Source: Escherichia coli
Lineage (GTDB): Bacteria > Pseudomonadota > Gammaproteobacteria > Enterobacterales > Enterobacteriaceae
DNA: 64,000 bases
Reading direction: 5' to 3' (one strand)
Assembly (NCBI RefSeq): GCF_001677475.2
Contig: NZ_CP015229.1
Shown: positions 28,161-38,559 of the stretch, piece by piece
Position numbering within the stretch: position 1 is the stretch's first letter
Layout: each line of letters begins with the position of its first letter
Program-made: the position numbers and the translations under genes
The notes under the pieces: model-generated
Database searches by the model: none
Told to the model about the DNA's origin: nothing
The model's input: only the letters and a program-made list of their open reading frames with translations

Positions 28161-30026
28161 ATGGCAACAGGTAACCGTCTCAGCACGGAAATCATGATCA
28201 ACCTTGCCGGGAACCTGACCGCCAAAGCCCGGCAGTACGGCGCAAATATGTCGCAGTTCGCGCGTAATCATCAGAAGGCAATGAATCTGGTCAAAGCCAC
28301 AACGGAATCTGCCACACGTGGCCTCGATGTGCTGGGTAACCGCTACACGGCGATGGTTGCCGGTTTTGCGGGTAGCGCCATGATGCGTGAGTTTGCGCAG
28401 GTGGATCGCCGGATGACCCGTATTGGTATTTCCGCAGAAAAGACGCGCGACGAAATGGCGCAGATGCTGAATGGTATTCAGGACGCCGCCATCAAATTTA
28501 AGGTTGATGACAGTGAACTGATAAGCGCGGTGGAAAAAGTTGGCACCGTGACGGGTGAGATTAATTTTGGTTTCAAAAACAAGGAGATGATGGCGGCATC
28601 CATCGCCGCTTCCGGAAGTTCAGGGGAAGCCATCGGCTCGCTGTTTTCTCAGTTTACGAAGTTCGGGATTAAGGATGAAAACGATGCCTTAAAGGCAATG
28701 GATACCCTGAACCTGCTGGGAAAAGAAGGTGCCTATGAACTGAAAGACATCGCAGAAAAAGCAACCCGTGCGATGTCGCTGTATTCCGCTGCGGGCGGAC
28801 GTGGTGTGCAGGGTGTCAGGGATGTTGGGGTTGTGCTTGAATCTGCGATTGATGCAACCGGAGATCGGGATACTGCGGCTACAGTAGTAGAAAACCTTAT
28901 AAAAGATTTGCAAAAAACAGGAACCGTAAAGGTTCTTAAACACAATGGCATTAACGTATTCGATAACGAAGGAAATATGCGTTCATTGCCCCTTCTTCTT
29001 CAGGAGATTGCCGCACGCTCCGGAAGTAAAGGTACAGAAATACAATCCCAACGGCTGGATGAAGCCGGGTTTCTTGATGATGCAACAATGTTAATCAAAG
29101 CGGTAACCTCAGGCAAAGGCGCAGAAAACCTGCAACGTTATATGAAGGTTACAGGTGATGGAAAAGGCATCATGAAGGATGCCGCATATGCTGCACAGGA
29201 TTTTACGTCGGCCATGCAGGCGCTGGAAACCAGCTGGAAAAAATTCTCCCACCATCAACTGGCAAAACCCGTTCAGGACCTGGCTGATGCCATCAACAGC
29301 GTGGACCAGAACACCGTCCAGAACTGGTTGCAGGTCGGTAAATATATGGCGATTGCTGTGGGCGGCATTATCGCCATCAGAAAAACGTACCAGTTAGGTA
29401 AAACCCTCCACGACATCATGAATCCCAAAGGGAAAGGCAAAGGAATACCCGGCGGCATTACGGATGTTTTCGGCTCCGGCGTGATGCCGGTTTATGTGGT
29501 CAATATGGGCAGTGGCGGGATGAATGGTAATACCGGCGGTCTGCCGGATACACCGGATTCATCGCGCAATCCCCGCAATCCTCGGGGTCCGGGTAACCGT
29601 GGAGGAAAGGCAGGTAAAGGCGCTGGCATCATTGCCGGTGCTCTGGAGTTTTACGATTTTCTGACCACACAATACGCCCTGCCGGGTGAGGTTGACAGTC
29701 TCACTAAATCCGTTGCCGGTGATGCCAGCGCCAGCCCGTGGGAGCGCGAGTTCGCGCAACAAAGTCAGGACAACCAGAAAGCGCTCGAGTCCGTCTGGCG
29801 TAAGGTAACGGACTGGTTCAACTCGCTGGGTGACAAGAACATTGCCGACCCGCGACCGTGGGCAGGTATGCAACCCACACAGAATTATCCTTTCCTTCCG
29901 CAACAATTGCAGGGGGAAATCCGTGTGGTGGTGGAAGGTGACGCCCGCGTGAAAAGTGTCAGAGTGGATCAACCCGGCGTCAGACTCAGTGCGCAGGCTG
30001 GCGTCACCAGCGTGGAGCAAGGGTAA
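28161..30026 (+). CDS. Tail tape measure protein
   Basis: 621 aa, helix-rich with Gly-rich C-terminal region; between chaperone and baseplate genes. Confidence 0.65.
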   Translation: MATGNRLSTEIMINLAGNLTAKARQYGANMSQFARNHQKAMNLVKATTESATRGLDVLGNRYTAMVAGFAGSAMMREFAQVDRRMTRIGISAEKTRDEMAQMLNGIQDAAIKFKVDDSELISAVEKVGTVTGEINFGFKNKEMMAASIAASGSSGEAIGSLFSQFTKFGIKDENDALKAMDTLNLLGKEGAYELKDIAEKATRAMSLYSAAGGRGVQGVRDVGVVLESAIDATGDRDTAATVVENLIKDLQKTGTVKVLKHNGINVFDNEGNMRSLPLLLQEIAARSGSKGTEIQSQRLDEAGFLDDATMLIKAVTSGKGAENLQRYMKVTGDGKGIMKDAAYAAQDFTSAMQALETSWKKFSHHQLAKPVQDLADAINSVDQNTVQNWLQVGKYMAIAVGGIIAIRKTYQLGKTLHDIMNPKGKGKGIPGGITDVFGSGVMPVYVVNMGSGGMNGNTGGLPDTPDSSRNPRNPRGPGNRGGKAGKGAGIIAGALEFYDFLTTQYALPGEVDSLTKSVAGDASASPWEREFAQQSQDNQKALESVWRKVTDWFNSLGDKNIADPRPWAGMQPTQNYPFLPQQLQGEIRVVVEGDARVKSVRVDQPGVRLSAQAGVTSVEQG

Positions 30027-31300
30027 TGACAACGAGCAAAGGCAAATGGGACGGGCTGCGCGATGCCTCGTTTCGCGGCGTCCCCTTCTTTCTGGTGGAT
30101 ACGGAAGGCACCGGTGGCCGCAGGGCTATTCCCCGTGCTTATCCCCGGCGTGAAACCGCCTGGACGGATGATAACGGGGCCGTTCCGGGGCAACAGCAGA
30201 TTAACGCAAAGCTGCCAGGTAAAAACTTCCAGGATGATTTAAACGCCCTTTTAGACGCGCTCAATACCCCCGGCCCCGGCGAGCTTATCCACCCGTGGTT
30301 CGGGATACAGACCGTACAGGTTGGCAAGGTCACCCATCGCCTCAGCACGGAGGAAGATGGCATTGCATATGTCACCTTTGAAGTGTTTGAGGCAGGCGAG
30401 CGCCTGTTCCCGTCTGCGGCGGATAACACGCAGCAGGAGGTGCTGACAGGCATTGATGTGGTAAAAGCGGCCATTGATGCTGGCGACTGGTTCAGTGTAC
30501 CTGACGGGCTGGGTGATATGGCCGACAGCTTTCTGGCCGATATGGAAAACCTTGTGGCTAACCTGCCCACGTTACCGGCAGCACTGAATCAGTGGATGGA
30601 CAGGCTGAACCATTTTAAGGAGATGGCCGGAACCATTATTGCCATGCCGGGACGTCTGGTCAGTGAGCTGTCCTCGTTCATCGACGGCGTGGTTGATCTG
30701 GTGACGGAACCACCCGAAGCACTGGCGGTTTACACGACATTACACAACCAGTGGGCCGGAGAACGCGCCCGACAGGTTGCCACCGGCGCACTGCCGGAAG
30801 ATATCACCGTGAAGCCCGGCAGCGTGGCAGACGGCGAACCTGGCTTTGCTATCGGGTTGTCACCGGGTTATCAGCCGGTGTCTGACAGCCTGCAAAAGAA
30901 CATTGACGACTTCCGCCTGGTGGTTGTGCTGGAAACCCTGCTGGGACAGGCAAATGCCGTGGCCTCGATGACGTTCGATACCAGTGACGCGGCATTATCT
31001 GCCGGTGACACGCTGGCGGCTGAACTGCATGAGCAGGCGGTGGCGGCGGTGGAAAATAACCAGCGGGCATTGTGGCGAACGCTGCGCGATTTACGGCAGG
31101 CCGTGATTACGGATGCCCGCGAGCGCGCCGCCCGTCTGCCGGAAACCCGGCAGGTGACGCTGACCACAACCACATCTGCCGCATTGCTGGCATGGCGCGA
31201 GCATGGGGATACAAGCCGACGGGATGAAATCGTGCAGCGTAACCGCCTGCGCCATCCGTCATTCATTCTGCCAACGCAACCTGTGGAGATTACCGACTGA
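30026..31300 (+). CDS. DNA circulation protein (Mu N-like)
   Basis: 424 aa; position after the tape measure, as in Mu. Confidence 0.6.
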   Translation: MTTSKGKWDGLRDASFRGVPFFLVDTEGTGGRRAIPRAYPRRETAWTDDNGAVPGQQQINAKLPGKNFQDDLNALLDALNTPGPGELIHPWFGIQTVQVGKVTHRLSTEEDGIAYVTFEVFEAGERLFPSAADNTQQEVLTGIDVVKAAIDAGDWFSVPDGLGDMADSFLADMENLVANLPTLPAALNQWMDRLNHFKEMAGTIIAMPGRLVSELSSFIDGVVDLVTEPPEALAVYTTLHNQWAGERARQVATGALPEDITVKPGSVADGEPGFAIGLSPGYQPVSDSLQKNIDDFRLVVVLETLLGQANAVASMTFDTSDAALSAGDTLAAELHEQAVAAVENNQRALWRTLRDLRQAVITDARERAARLPETRQVTLTTTTSAALLAWREHGDTSRRDEIVQRNRLRHPSFILPTQPVEITD

Positions 31301-32370
31301 TGGGATCCGTGATTCTTACCGTTGACGGCAAACTGTGGGAAGGCTGGACGGAAATGTCTGTCAGTCGTTCCCTGAAGGCGATTGCCGGTGAGTTTGAGCT
31401 CAGTGTAACAACCCGCTGGTCATCGGCGGCACCGCGCGTGATTCGTGAGGGGCAACCCTGCACGGTCAGGCTGGGTGCAGATACCGTGCTGACGGGGTAT
31501 ATCGATGATTTTATCCCCAGCTATGACGCAAACAGCGTGGAGATTCGCGTCATGGGGCGCGATAAAACCGGCGACCTGGTGGACTGCTCTGTGGTGCATT
31601 CGTCCGGGAAATGGAAAGGCGTGCGGCTTGAACAGGTGGCGGCTGATGTCTGCCGCCCGTTCGGGATAACCGTCATCACGGAAAACCCGACCGGGGAGGC
31701 GTTTGCGTCCGTTGTTCTGGAACAGGGTGAAACGGGTTTTGAACTGCTCGACCGGCTGGCAAAACAGCGCGGCGTTCTGCTGACGTCTGACGGGGCGGGT
31801 AATCTGATTATCACCCGCGCCTCTTCCGTTCGCGCGGGCGTGTCACTGGTGCTGGGAAAAAATATCCTCGCCGCCCGTGGGCGCTTCAGCTGGCGGGAGC
31901 GTAACAGTCAGTACATCATCAAGGGCACCACCAGTGCCGGTGGCAGAGTGTGGGACAGCCAGCCTGCCCCGATGGTGGGCGGTCGCCAGTACATCATCGA
32001 AGACTCTGAAATTAACCGTTACCGTCCGCGCATTCTGGTCAATGAAGACAGCCTGACCGTGGGCGGGGCCAGCATTCGCGGAGAATGGTATAAAGCCCGG
32101 ATGCTGGGAGAGGCCCGCACGACGGAAATCACGGTGGCAGGCTGGCGCGAACAGGGCGACAGCGGTCCGCTGTGGCAGACCAACCGCCTTGTCGATATCG
32201 ACGACAGCATTCAGAACCTGAAAACCACCTGGCTGATATCCGGGGTGACCTGGACGGATGGCGCACAAGGGCGGATGACGGTTCTGGCGCTGGTTCCGCC
32301 TGAATCACTGGATATGCCGGAAATGAAAGCGAAGACGAAGAAAACAAAGGCGGTGGCCACATGGGATTAA
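31300..32370 (+). CDS. Tail/baseplate hub protein (Mu P-like, late control D-like)
   Basis: 356 aa; gene order. Confidence 0.55.
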   Translation: MGSVILTVDGKLWEGWTEMSVSRSLKAIAGEFELSVTTRWSSAAPRVIREGQPCTVRLGADTVLTGYIDDFIPSYDANSVEIRVMGRDKTGDLVDCSVVHSSGKWKGVRLEQVAADVCRPFGITVITENPTGEAFASVVLEQGETGFELLDRLAKQRGVLLTSDGAGNLIITRASSVRAGVSLVLGKNILAARGRFSWRERNSQYIIKGTTSAGGRVWDSQPAPMVGGRQYIIEDSEINRYRPRILVNEDSLTVGGASIRGEWYKARMLGEARTTEITVAGWREQGDSGPLWQTNRLVDIDDSIQNLKTTWLISGVTWTDGAQGRMTVLALVPPESLDMPEMKAKTKKTKAVATWD

Positions 32371-32897
32371 ACGCCATTGCCCGCCGTCTGCGACTGATGG
32401 TTGACCGTGCCATTGTCCGCATGGTGTCTGACAGTCTGGAGCGGCAGAACCTGCAAATCCAGACGCTGGCAGATGCCACCGACGACGACGTGGAACGCTT
32501 CCAGAACTACGGTTTTACATCCGTGCCGCCGGAAGGTTCTGAAGCCATAGTGCTGGCCGTTAGCGGGCGGCGTGACGGGCTGGTTGCCATCGCGGTGGAG
32601 GACAAGCGATGTCGCCCGAAAGGGCTGTCCCCCGGCGACGTCCGGCTGTATCACCAGGACGGCAAATCACATATCACGTTAAGGAAAGGCGGAATTATTG
32701 AAATCACAGGGGAACAATTAAACGTTTCAGGGAAAACGGTAAATCTCACCGCCGACGAATTACTGGCTATAAATGCAGGAAATATGAAATTCGTCGGTCC
32801 CTGTGAGTTTACTGAAGATGTCAGAATCAACGGCAAATCTTTCAGCGAACACATTCATAAGGACGGCGACAATGAGAATACATCACCGCCCGTATGA
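32361..32897 (+). CDS. Baseplate assembly protein V-like (spike; Mu gp45-like)
   Basis: 178 aa; gene order within baseplate cluster. Confidence 0.55.
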   Translation: MGLNAIARRLRLMVDRAIVRMVSDSLERQNLQIQTLADATDDDVERFQNYGFTSVPPEGSEAIVLAVSGRRDGLVAIAVEDKRCRPKGLSPGDVRLYHQDGKSHITLRKGGIIEITGEQLNVSGKTVNLTADELLAINAGNMKFVGPCEFTEDVRINGKSFSEHIHKDGDNENTSPPV

Positions 32898-33346
32898 CGA
32901 CAGGAATCCGCTGGAATAACATGCTCTCACGGGGTGACATCACCGTCACCCATAACGGCCTCTCACTGGATGAGGGGCTGGTCACTCAGGTTCTTATCTG
33001 CCTTTTCACCGATGCCCGTGCTGATGACGATGATGTCATTCCTGATGGTTCCGGCGACCCGCGCGGATGGCCGGGCGACACGTACAGCGATTTTTCGTGG
33101 GGTTCCCGCCTGTGGCTGCTTGAGCGCGAAAAACTGACGGAAGATGTCCGCCTGCGCGTGGAAGACTACGCGCGGTTGTCCATGCAACCGCTGCTGCGGG
33201 CCGGTTACGCCCGTAACGCCACCGTCACGGCCAGAATCATCGTCCCTGACCGTATTGCCTTTCAGGTGGTGTTAACCCGCCCGGACAAAACCACGCTCAC
33301 AATTGAAATCACCCGCCGATGGGAGGCCACCATTAATGCCGTATGA
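32894..33346 (+). CDS. Baseplate protein (Mu gp46-like)
   Basis: 150 aa; gene order. Confidence 0.5.
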   Translation: MTTGIRWNNMLSRGDITVTHNGLSLDEGLVTQVLICLFTDARADDDDVIPDGSGDPRGWPGDTYSDFSWGSRLWLLEREKLTEDVRLRVEDYARLSMQPLLRAGYARNATVTARIIVPDRIAFQVVLTRPDKTTLTIEITRRWEATINAV

Positions 33347-34412
33347 AATCCCCACGCTGGGCAAACTGATTGCCGACGGCGAAAAAGATATTGCGTATGA
33401 ACTCGGCCTGCAAAAGCTGCCGCCTGTCAGTGTTGAGCAGGCACTGAACGTGTCATTCAGCAGTCAGGTCCGGGATTTATACGACCATCAGAGCTGGATT
33501 AAGGACCAGATAATTCCGTCCACCGCGTCTGATGATGAAACCATTATCAAAACAGCAACGTATGAAGGGGTTATCCGCAAGCAGGCCACCTTTGCCAGCG
33601 GGCCGGTGACCTTCACCAGTCAGTCCCCCATTCCGGCAGAAACCCGGATGCAGTACGACACGAATCAGGTGTATCAGGTACTCACATCCGGCGAGGTACA
33701 GAACGGCGAGGTCACTGTCATCGTGCAGGCTGAAGAAGCCGGTGTTGCGGGCAATCTTGCTGCCGGTGCCGTGCTGACCCTGCTGTCCCCGTTGCCCGGA
33801 ACGGGCAGCACAGGCGCGGTGACTGAAAGTGGCATCACCGGTGGCGCAGATATCGAATCCATCGCAGAGCTGCTGGACCGTCTGCTGTATATGCGCCGCA
33901 ATCCCCCGGTGGGCGGTGCACTGCATGATTACGTCATCTGGGCGCGTGAAGTGCCGGGTGTCAGCCGCGCGTGGGCATGGGATGCGTGGCACGGCCCCGG
34001 CACGGTCGGGCTGGCATGGCTTTATGATGACCGTGAAGACATTATCCCCACACGGGACGACCTGAAGACAATGGAGCAGTATCTGTTCTGCCACAAACAC
34101 CCGGCCACCGGCGTGATGGTGGGCAAACCGGGCGGCATCGAGGTCTGGCCGGTGCAGGTCAGGCTGAAGAAGCTCGACCTGTCCATCCGTCTGACACCGG
34201 ACAGCCAGGCGAACAGGAACGCCGTCCGGGCAAACCTGACCGCATTACAGAAAACGCTGGCCCCCGGTCAGATGCTGCCGGTGTCCTCGCTGCGCACGTC
34301 CATCGGTATGACGTCCGGTATCACGGATTACTTCCTCAACATCGGGGAAGACACCACCAGTGATGTGGATGAGCTTATCACTATCGGGGAGGTGACATGG
34401 CTCACAGCGTGA
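33336..34412 (+). CDS. Baseplate J-like protein (Mu gp47-like)
   Basis: ATG 33336 overlapping previous stop; about 358 aa. Confidence 0.55.
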   Translation: MPYEIPTLGKLIADGEKDIAYELGLQKLPPVSVEQALNVSFSSQVRDLYDHQSWIKDQIIPSTASDDETIIKTATYEGVIRKQATFASGPVTFTSQSPIPAETRMQYDTNQVYQVLTSGEVQNGEVTVIVQAEEAGVAGNLAAGAVLTLLSPLPGTGSTGAVTESGITGGADIESIAELLDRLLYMRRNPPVGGALHDYVIWAREVPGVSRAWAWDAWHGPGTVGLAWLYDDREDIIPTRDDLKTMEQYLFCHKHPATGVMVGKPGGIEVWPVQVRLKKLDLSIRLTPDSQANRNAVRANLTALQKTLAPGQMLPVSSLRTSIGMTSGITDYFLNIGEDTTSDVDELITIGEVTWLTA

Positions 34413-34981
34413 CGGAATGGCTGACCGCGCTGCAACAGGTCATGCCACGGGGTAAGGCATGGCCGCGCGATAACGACGCGGATTTAAACCGTTTTTTAAG
34501 GGCGCTTGCAGAGCGTTTAACCCGCGTTGAATACGACGCCTCGCGCCTGCATGTGGAGATGCGACCGGAAACCACGCTCCAGCTGCTGCCGGAGTGGGAG
34601 CAATATCTGGCACTGCCGGAATGCGGAATTGCCGCCACCACAACGGAAGCCCGCCGCCGGGCCGTGGTGGAGAAATACCGCCGCAAAGGCGGGCTGGCAA
34701 CCTGGCAGATTGAAGCCGCTGCGGCGGCGCTGGGCTTCACCATTAAGGTGACGGCCGTTCTGCCGCACCACTGCCTGCGTGACTGCATGTACCCGCTGCA
34801 TCCGGCACGGTATCGCTGGCTGCTGAAAGTGGAAGTCCCGGACAACGATGCCGGGCGGTTTACCTGTATTGATGACGTCATGACGCCATTAATCAGCGAA
34901 CGCACCCGCGAGCTGGAATGCCTGCTGAAGCATTACCGGCTGGCGGGTACGGAATATGAATATTATTACACCGGAGAATAA
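34397..34981 (+). CDS. Tail protein (Mu gp48-like)
   Basis: 194 aa, last baseplate-cluster gene before the tail fibre. Confidence 0.5.
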   Translation: MAHSVTEWLTALQQVMPRGKAWPRDNDADLNRFLRALAERLTRVEYDASRLHVEMRPETTLQLLPEWEQYLALPECGIAATTTEARRRAVVEKYRRKGGLATWQIEAAAAALGFTIKVTAVLPHHCLRDCMYPLHPARYRWLLKVEVPDNDAGRFTCIDDVMTPLISERTRELECLLKHYRLAGTEYEYYYTGE

Positions 34982-34984
34982 TTT

Positions 34985-35764
34985 ATGTTTCACGTGGACA
35001 ATAATACGGGTGTGCCTGTTATGCCGCCTGTTGCGGCTGAATTAAGCAAAACAACGCTTTATTTCACCGAAGGCGGGAACGGTATTCCAGCCACTTATCC
35101 AGGACCAGACTGGTTTAATATTATTCAGTCTGAACTGCTGGAAATTCTCCGGCAGGCAAATATCAAACCGGATAAAAATACCACCAACCAGATTATGACG
35201 GCGCTGAAAAAACTGTTTATTACGAACAGTGGTTCAGCCGGAGCTATTGCTGGATTAACCGGTGAGAATAATACGTTCCCGTATTTTACCGGCGAAGACG
35301 AAATGGCATTAACGCCGCTCAGTGCGTTTGTGCGCGGCATTCTTGGTAAAACCACAGCCGATGAAATTATTGATGCACTTTCATTACGTGACACGGTAAA
35401 TAAAGCCAGTAGTGCCGTACCGAATACCCGCAGGGTCAACGGCATGGCCCTGACTTCAGATATCACCATCAGCAACATCAGCGGCAACGCCGGAACGGCA
35501 ACCCGACTTCAGACGGCCCGCAGGATTAACAATGTGCTGTTTGATGGTTCCGGTGATATCACAATCCCTGCCGGGATGAGTCAGTCCACAGCGGATGCGC
35601 GTTATGTTCAGAACGTTCAGTTAGGTGCGCAGGTACAGGGGGGATCTCAGGCACCCACAGGGTGTGTGGTCACCTTTGTTGATGGCGGCGAGAAGATGGA
35701 ATATATCCAGTATAAACCCCTGCAAATTTATATTAACGGCGCATGGCGCACGATATCCGGTTAA
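34985..35764 (+). CDS. Tail fibre protein (short; S-like)
   Basis: 259 aa; followed by an assembly chaperone gene. Confidence 0.55.
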   Translation: MFHVDNNTGVPVMPPVAAELSKTTLYFTEGGNGIPATYPGPDWFNIIQSELLEILRQANIKPDKNTTNQIMTALKKLFITNSGSAGAIAGLTGENNTFPYFTGEDEMALTPLSAFVRGILGKTTADEIIDALSLRDTVNKASSAVPNTRRVNGMALTSDITISNISGNAGTATRLQTARRINNVLFDGSGDITIPAGMSQSTADARYVQNVQLGAQVQGGSQAPTGCVVTFVDGGEKMEYIQYKPLQIYINGAWRTISG

Positions 35765-35778
35765 TTAAGGAGAAAATA

Positions 35779-36309
35779 ATGGAACTCAGAAACGTCACGC
35801 GTTATTACCCTGAAGATATGCCTTATGGTGAAAATATTCAGTATTTCCGTAGTGAAGACGGGCAGGATTTTTATGAATCGCTGGATAAATTCACGAAGAA
35901 ATACAAATTGTGTATTCACCCGGAAACCGGCGTGATTTATTCGATGGCAGAAGACGTGTCCCGTCTTTATCCGGCGGGGTTCACTATTGTGGAAGTGGAC
36001 GAACTGCCGGAGGGTTTTGGCATTGAAGCCTGCTGGTATTACCGGGATGGCGAAGTGCTGCCGGTTCCGGTTGATTATTCGCAACTGGCAGAAAAGCAAC
36101 GCCAGCGTCTTCTGGCTGAAGTCAGGGACATCACCTCCGACTGGCGAACCGAGCTGGAGTTGGGCACCATCAGCGACGATGACAAAGCCCGTCTTACGCA
36201 GTGGATGGCATATATCAAAGCGGTGAAGGCGCTGGATTTAAGCACCGTTACTGATGAAGCCTCCTTTAATGCCATCAACTGGCCGGAGCGTCCCGATGCC
36301 GCAGCTTAA
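35779..36309 (+). CDS. Tail fibre assembly protein (Tfa/U-like)
   Basis: ATG 35779 with AAGGAGAAAA RBS; about 176 aa; follows a fibre gene. Confidence 0.6.
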   Translation: MELRNVTRYYPEDMPYGENIQYFRSEDGQDFYESLDKFTKKYKLCIHPETGVIYSMAEDVSRLYPAGFTIVEVDELPEGFGIEACWYYRDGEVLPVPVDYSQLAEKQRQRLLAEVRDITSDWRTELELGTISDDDKARLTQWMAYIKAVKALDLSTVTDEASFNAINWPERPDAAA

Positions 36310-38545
36310 AGGTGTGATTAAAACGCCCACGGGAGAACCGCTGGGCGGCGCAACCATTACTCTGACCTCCCTGCACAACCGTGCAGGGATCCTGAAAGGT
36401 GTTTTCAGCCACGTCACCACACAGAGCGGGGAGTACGACTTCCCCGTTCTGCCGGGTGTGTACAGCGTTCGCCTGACACAAAGCACACAGCGCCTTTCAG
36501 AAATCGGTGTCATCCGCGTTTATGAAGATTCACAGGACGGTTCGCTGAATGATTTTCTGGGTGCAACCGATATTGACCTGCGCCCGGAAGCCCTGAAGAA
36601 ATTCGAGGAGCTGGCGCAACAGGCGCAGCAAAGCGCGGAAGAAGCCGGAGAGCACGCGGACGCGGCTGAACAGGCCCGCCAGGATACAGAAACCCTCGCC
36701 GGGGAAATACAGCAGGATGCAGAAGAAATTGCAGGCAATGTGCAGAAAGCTGAAGAGCTTGCCTCTGAAACCAGTCAGAATGCAGCCCGCGCAGAGCAGG
36801 CTGTCAAGGATGCCGACACGATAGTCCGGAAAGCGGTCGATAAACTTGCTGATGCTGCAACGCTGAGCGGCGAGGCAAAAGCCAGTGCCGGAGCTGCCGC
36901 ACAAAGCGAACAGAATGCGGAAAATCACGCTGATAATGCAGCACAAAGCGCACAGCAGACCGCGCAGGATGTGCAGGCAACGGTCACAGCCCGCAGTGAT
37001 GCGGAACGTTTTGCGGGTGAGGCAGAAAACAGCGCACAGTCATCAGGCACAGCGCGGGACGAATCAGTCGATGCCGCCGAACGCGCCCGCCTTTATCATA
37101 ATGCCGCATCATCAGCTGCAACCAGCGCGGAAAATGCAGCAAATGCTGCACTCGGGCATGAAAACAGCGCCGCCGAATACGCCCGACAGGCTAAAGCCAG
37201 CCAGGATGCAGGTGCAGACAATGCGCAGGAAGCGAAACAGTACAGGGATGAGGCGCAGCAGATAGTTGATGACCTGAATGCAACAAATGCCTCCACGACA
37301 GAAAAAGGTCTGGTGCAACTGTGTAGTGATACGGACAACGACAGCGAGGAACTGGCTGCCACGCCAAAGGCTGTCAAAACCGTCATGGACGAGACGAAAA
37401 CAAAAGCGTCACTGGACAGCCCGGCTTTCACCGGCACCCCAACCACCCCAACCCCACCGGATGATGCCGCCGGTCTGGAAGCAGCGAACGCAGCGTTTGT
37501 GCGCAAACTGCTTGCTGCGCTGGTTGGTTCATCGCCGGAAGTTCTGGACACCCTGAACGAGCTGGCAGCGGCGCTGGGCAATGACCCGAACTTTGCGACG
37601 ACAATCACAAACGCGCTGGCAGGCAAACAACCGCTTAATGACGTCTTAACGGCAATCAGCGCACTGACGCAACGGGCAGATAATCTTCTGTACTTCAATA
37701 CAGACGGGAATGCCTCACTGTCTCCGCTGTCAGAGAAGGCCCGCGCATTACTGGCGCATGACACGGCTGAAGCCATGCGCACGGAGCTTGAGCTGAGCGC
37801 GGCTGCGACGATGGAACCCCAGAGTGATATCCGTGACCGCACACCGGGCAGGCTGGCCCTGTCCGGGATGTATGGGTTTGGACAGGCATTCACCAGCGCC
37901 GAAGCTCTGTCATTTAACGGACAGGCTGATTTCGTTATATGGCTGCAGACAGTCACACCGGGGCGTTATGCGGTCAGTATTGCGGACTCCTCCACGCTGC
38001 TGAAGGGGACCACGAAATTTAACGGTATCATTGATGTGATGTGGTCACCGTCTGATAACGACGAATCAGACACGGCGCGTAAATTCAAAACGCTGCTGTA
38101 CTACAACCAGTATTACGAGGATGAGCACAGCATACATTGTATGCGTTATCGCTACAGTGGTAACAGCTGGAATGCAACATCAAGCCTTATTGTGTATGAC
38201 GGCAACTCCCTGGCATATCTGATGTCCTCAACCGCCGGTAATGGTCCGTTCTCATATTACCAATACCCGGCCGTCGGTGTGCCGATTATGGCGGTATATC
38301 AGGGAGAAAGTTTTGGTGAAAATGCTTCTCTGGGACTCGGTGATACTGTGCCGGGTTCCCGTCTTGGTCCTCTGGCCATGAGTGCACAGGTTAGTGATAC
38401 AGGGACATACGCATCCTCACCGCAGGTTGTGATTGGCGGTGCCGGTGAATACAACTTCCCCGGTCGTTACACGGCGCTTTCGGGCCTGGGTAACAATTAT
38501 GGTACTCAGCGTGGCTTTATCGGTCTTTTTGTACGCATTGAGTAA
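36296..38545 (+). CDS. Long tail fibre protein with Ala/Glu/Gln-rich coiled-coil repeats (side-tail-fibre-like)
   Basis: ATG 36296; about 749 aa; long low-complexity helical repeat region (residues ~110-330) and a distinct C-terminal domain. Confidence 0.6.
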   Translation: MPQLKGVIKTPTGEPLGGATITLTSLHNRAGILKGVFSHVTTQSGEYDFPVLPGVYSVRLTQSTQRLSEIGVIRVYEDSQDGSLNDFLGATDIDLRPEALKKFEELAQQAQQSAEEAGEHADAAEQARQDTETLAGEIQQDAEEIAGNVQKAEELASETSQNAARAEQAVKDADTIVRKAVDKLADAATLSGEAKASAGAAAQSEQNAENHADNAAQSAQQTAQDVQATVTARSDAERFAGEAENSAQSSGTARDESVDAAERARLYHNAASSAATSAENAANAALGHENSAAEYARQAKASQDAGADNAQEAKQYRDEAQQIVDDLNATNASTTEKGLVQLCSDTDNDSEELAATPKAVKTVMDETKTKASLDSPAFTGTPTTPTPPDDAAGLEAANAAFVRKLLAALVGSSPEVLDTLNELAAALGNDPNFATTITNALAGKQPLNDVLTAISALTQRADNLLYFNTDGNASLSPLSEKARALLAHDTAEAMRTELELSAAATMEPQSDIRDRTPGRLALSGMYGFGQAFTSAEALSFNGQADFVIWLQTVTPGRYAVSIADSSTLLKGTTKFNGIIDVMWSPSDNDESDTARKFKTLLYYNQYYEDEHSIHCMRYRYSGNSWNATSSLIVYDGNSLAYLMSSTAGNGPFSYYQYPAVGVPIMAVYQGESFGENASLGLGDTVPGSRLGPLAMSAQVSDTGTYASSPQVVIGGAGEYNFPGRYTALSGLGNNYGTQRGFIGLFVRIE

Positions 38546-38559
38546 TGAGGAAATCAGGC

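Noticed and set aside
27965-28174. Overlapping ORF at the tail-chaperone / tape-measure junction as a programmed ribosomal frameshift product
   Set aside because: The required shift is +1 rather than the usual -1 and sits at a G5 run without a recognisable slippery heptamer; treated as one of the apparent indel frameshifts.
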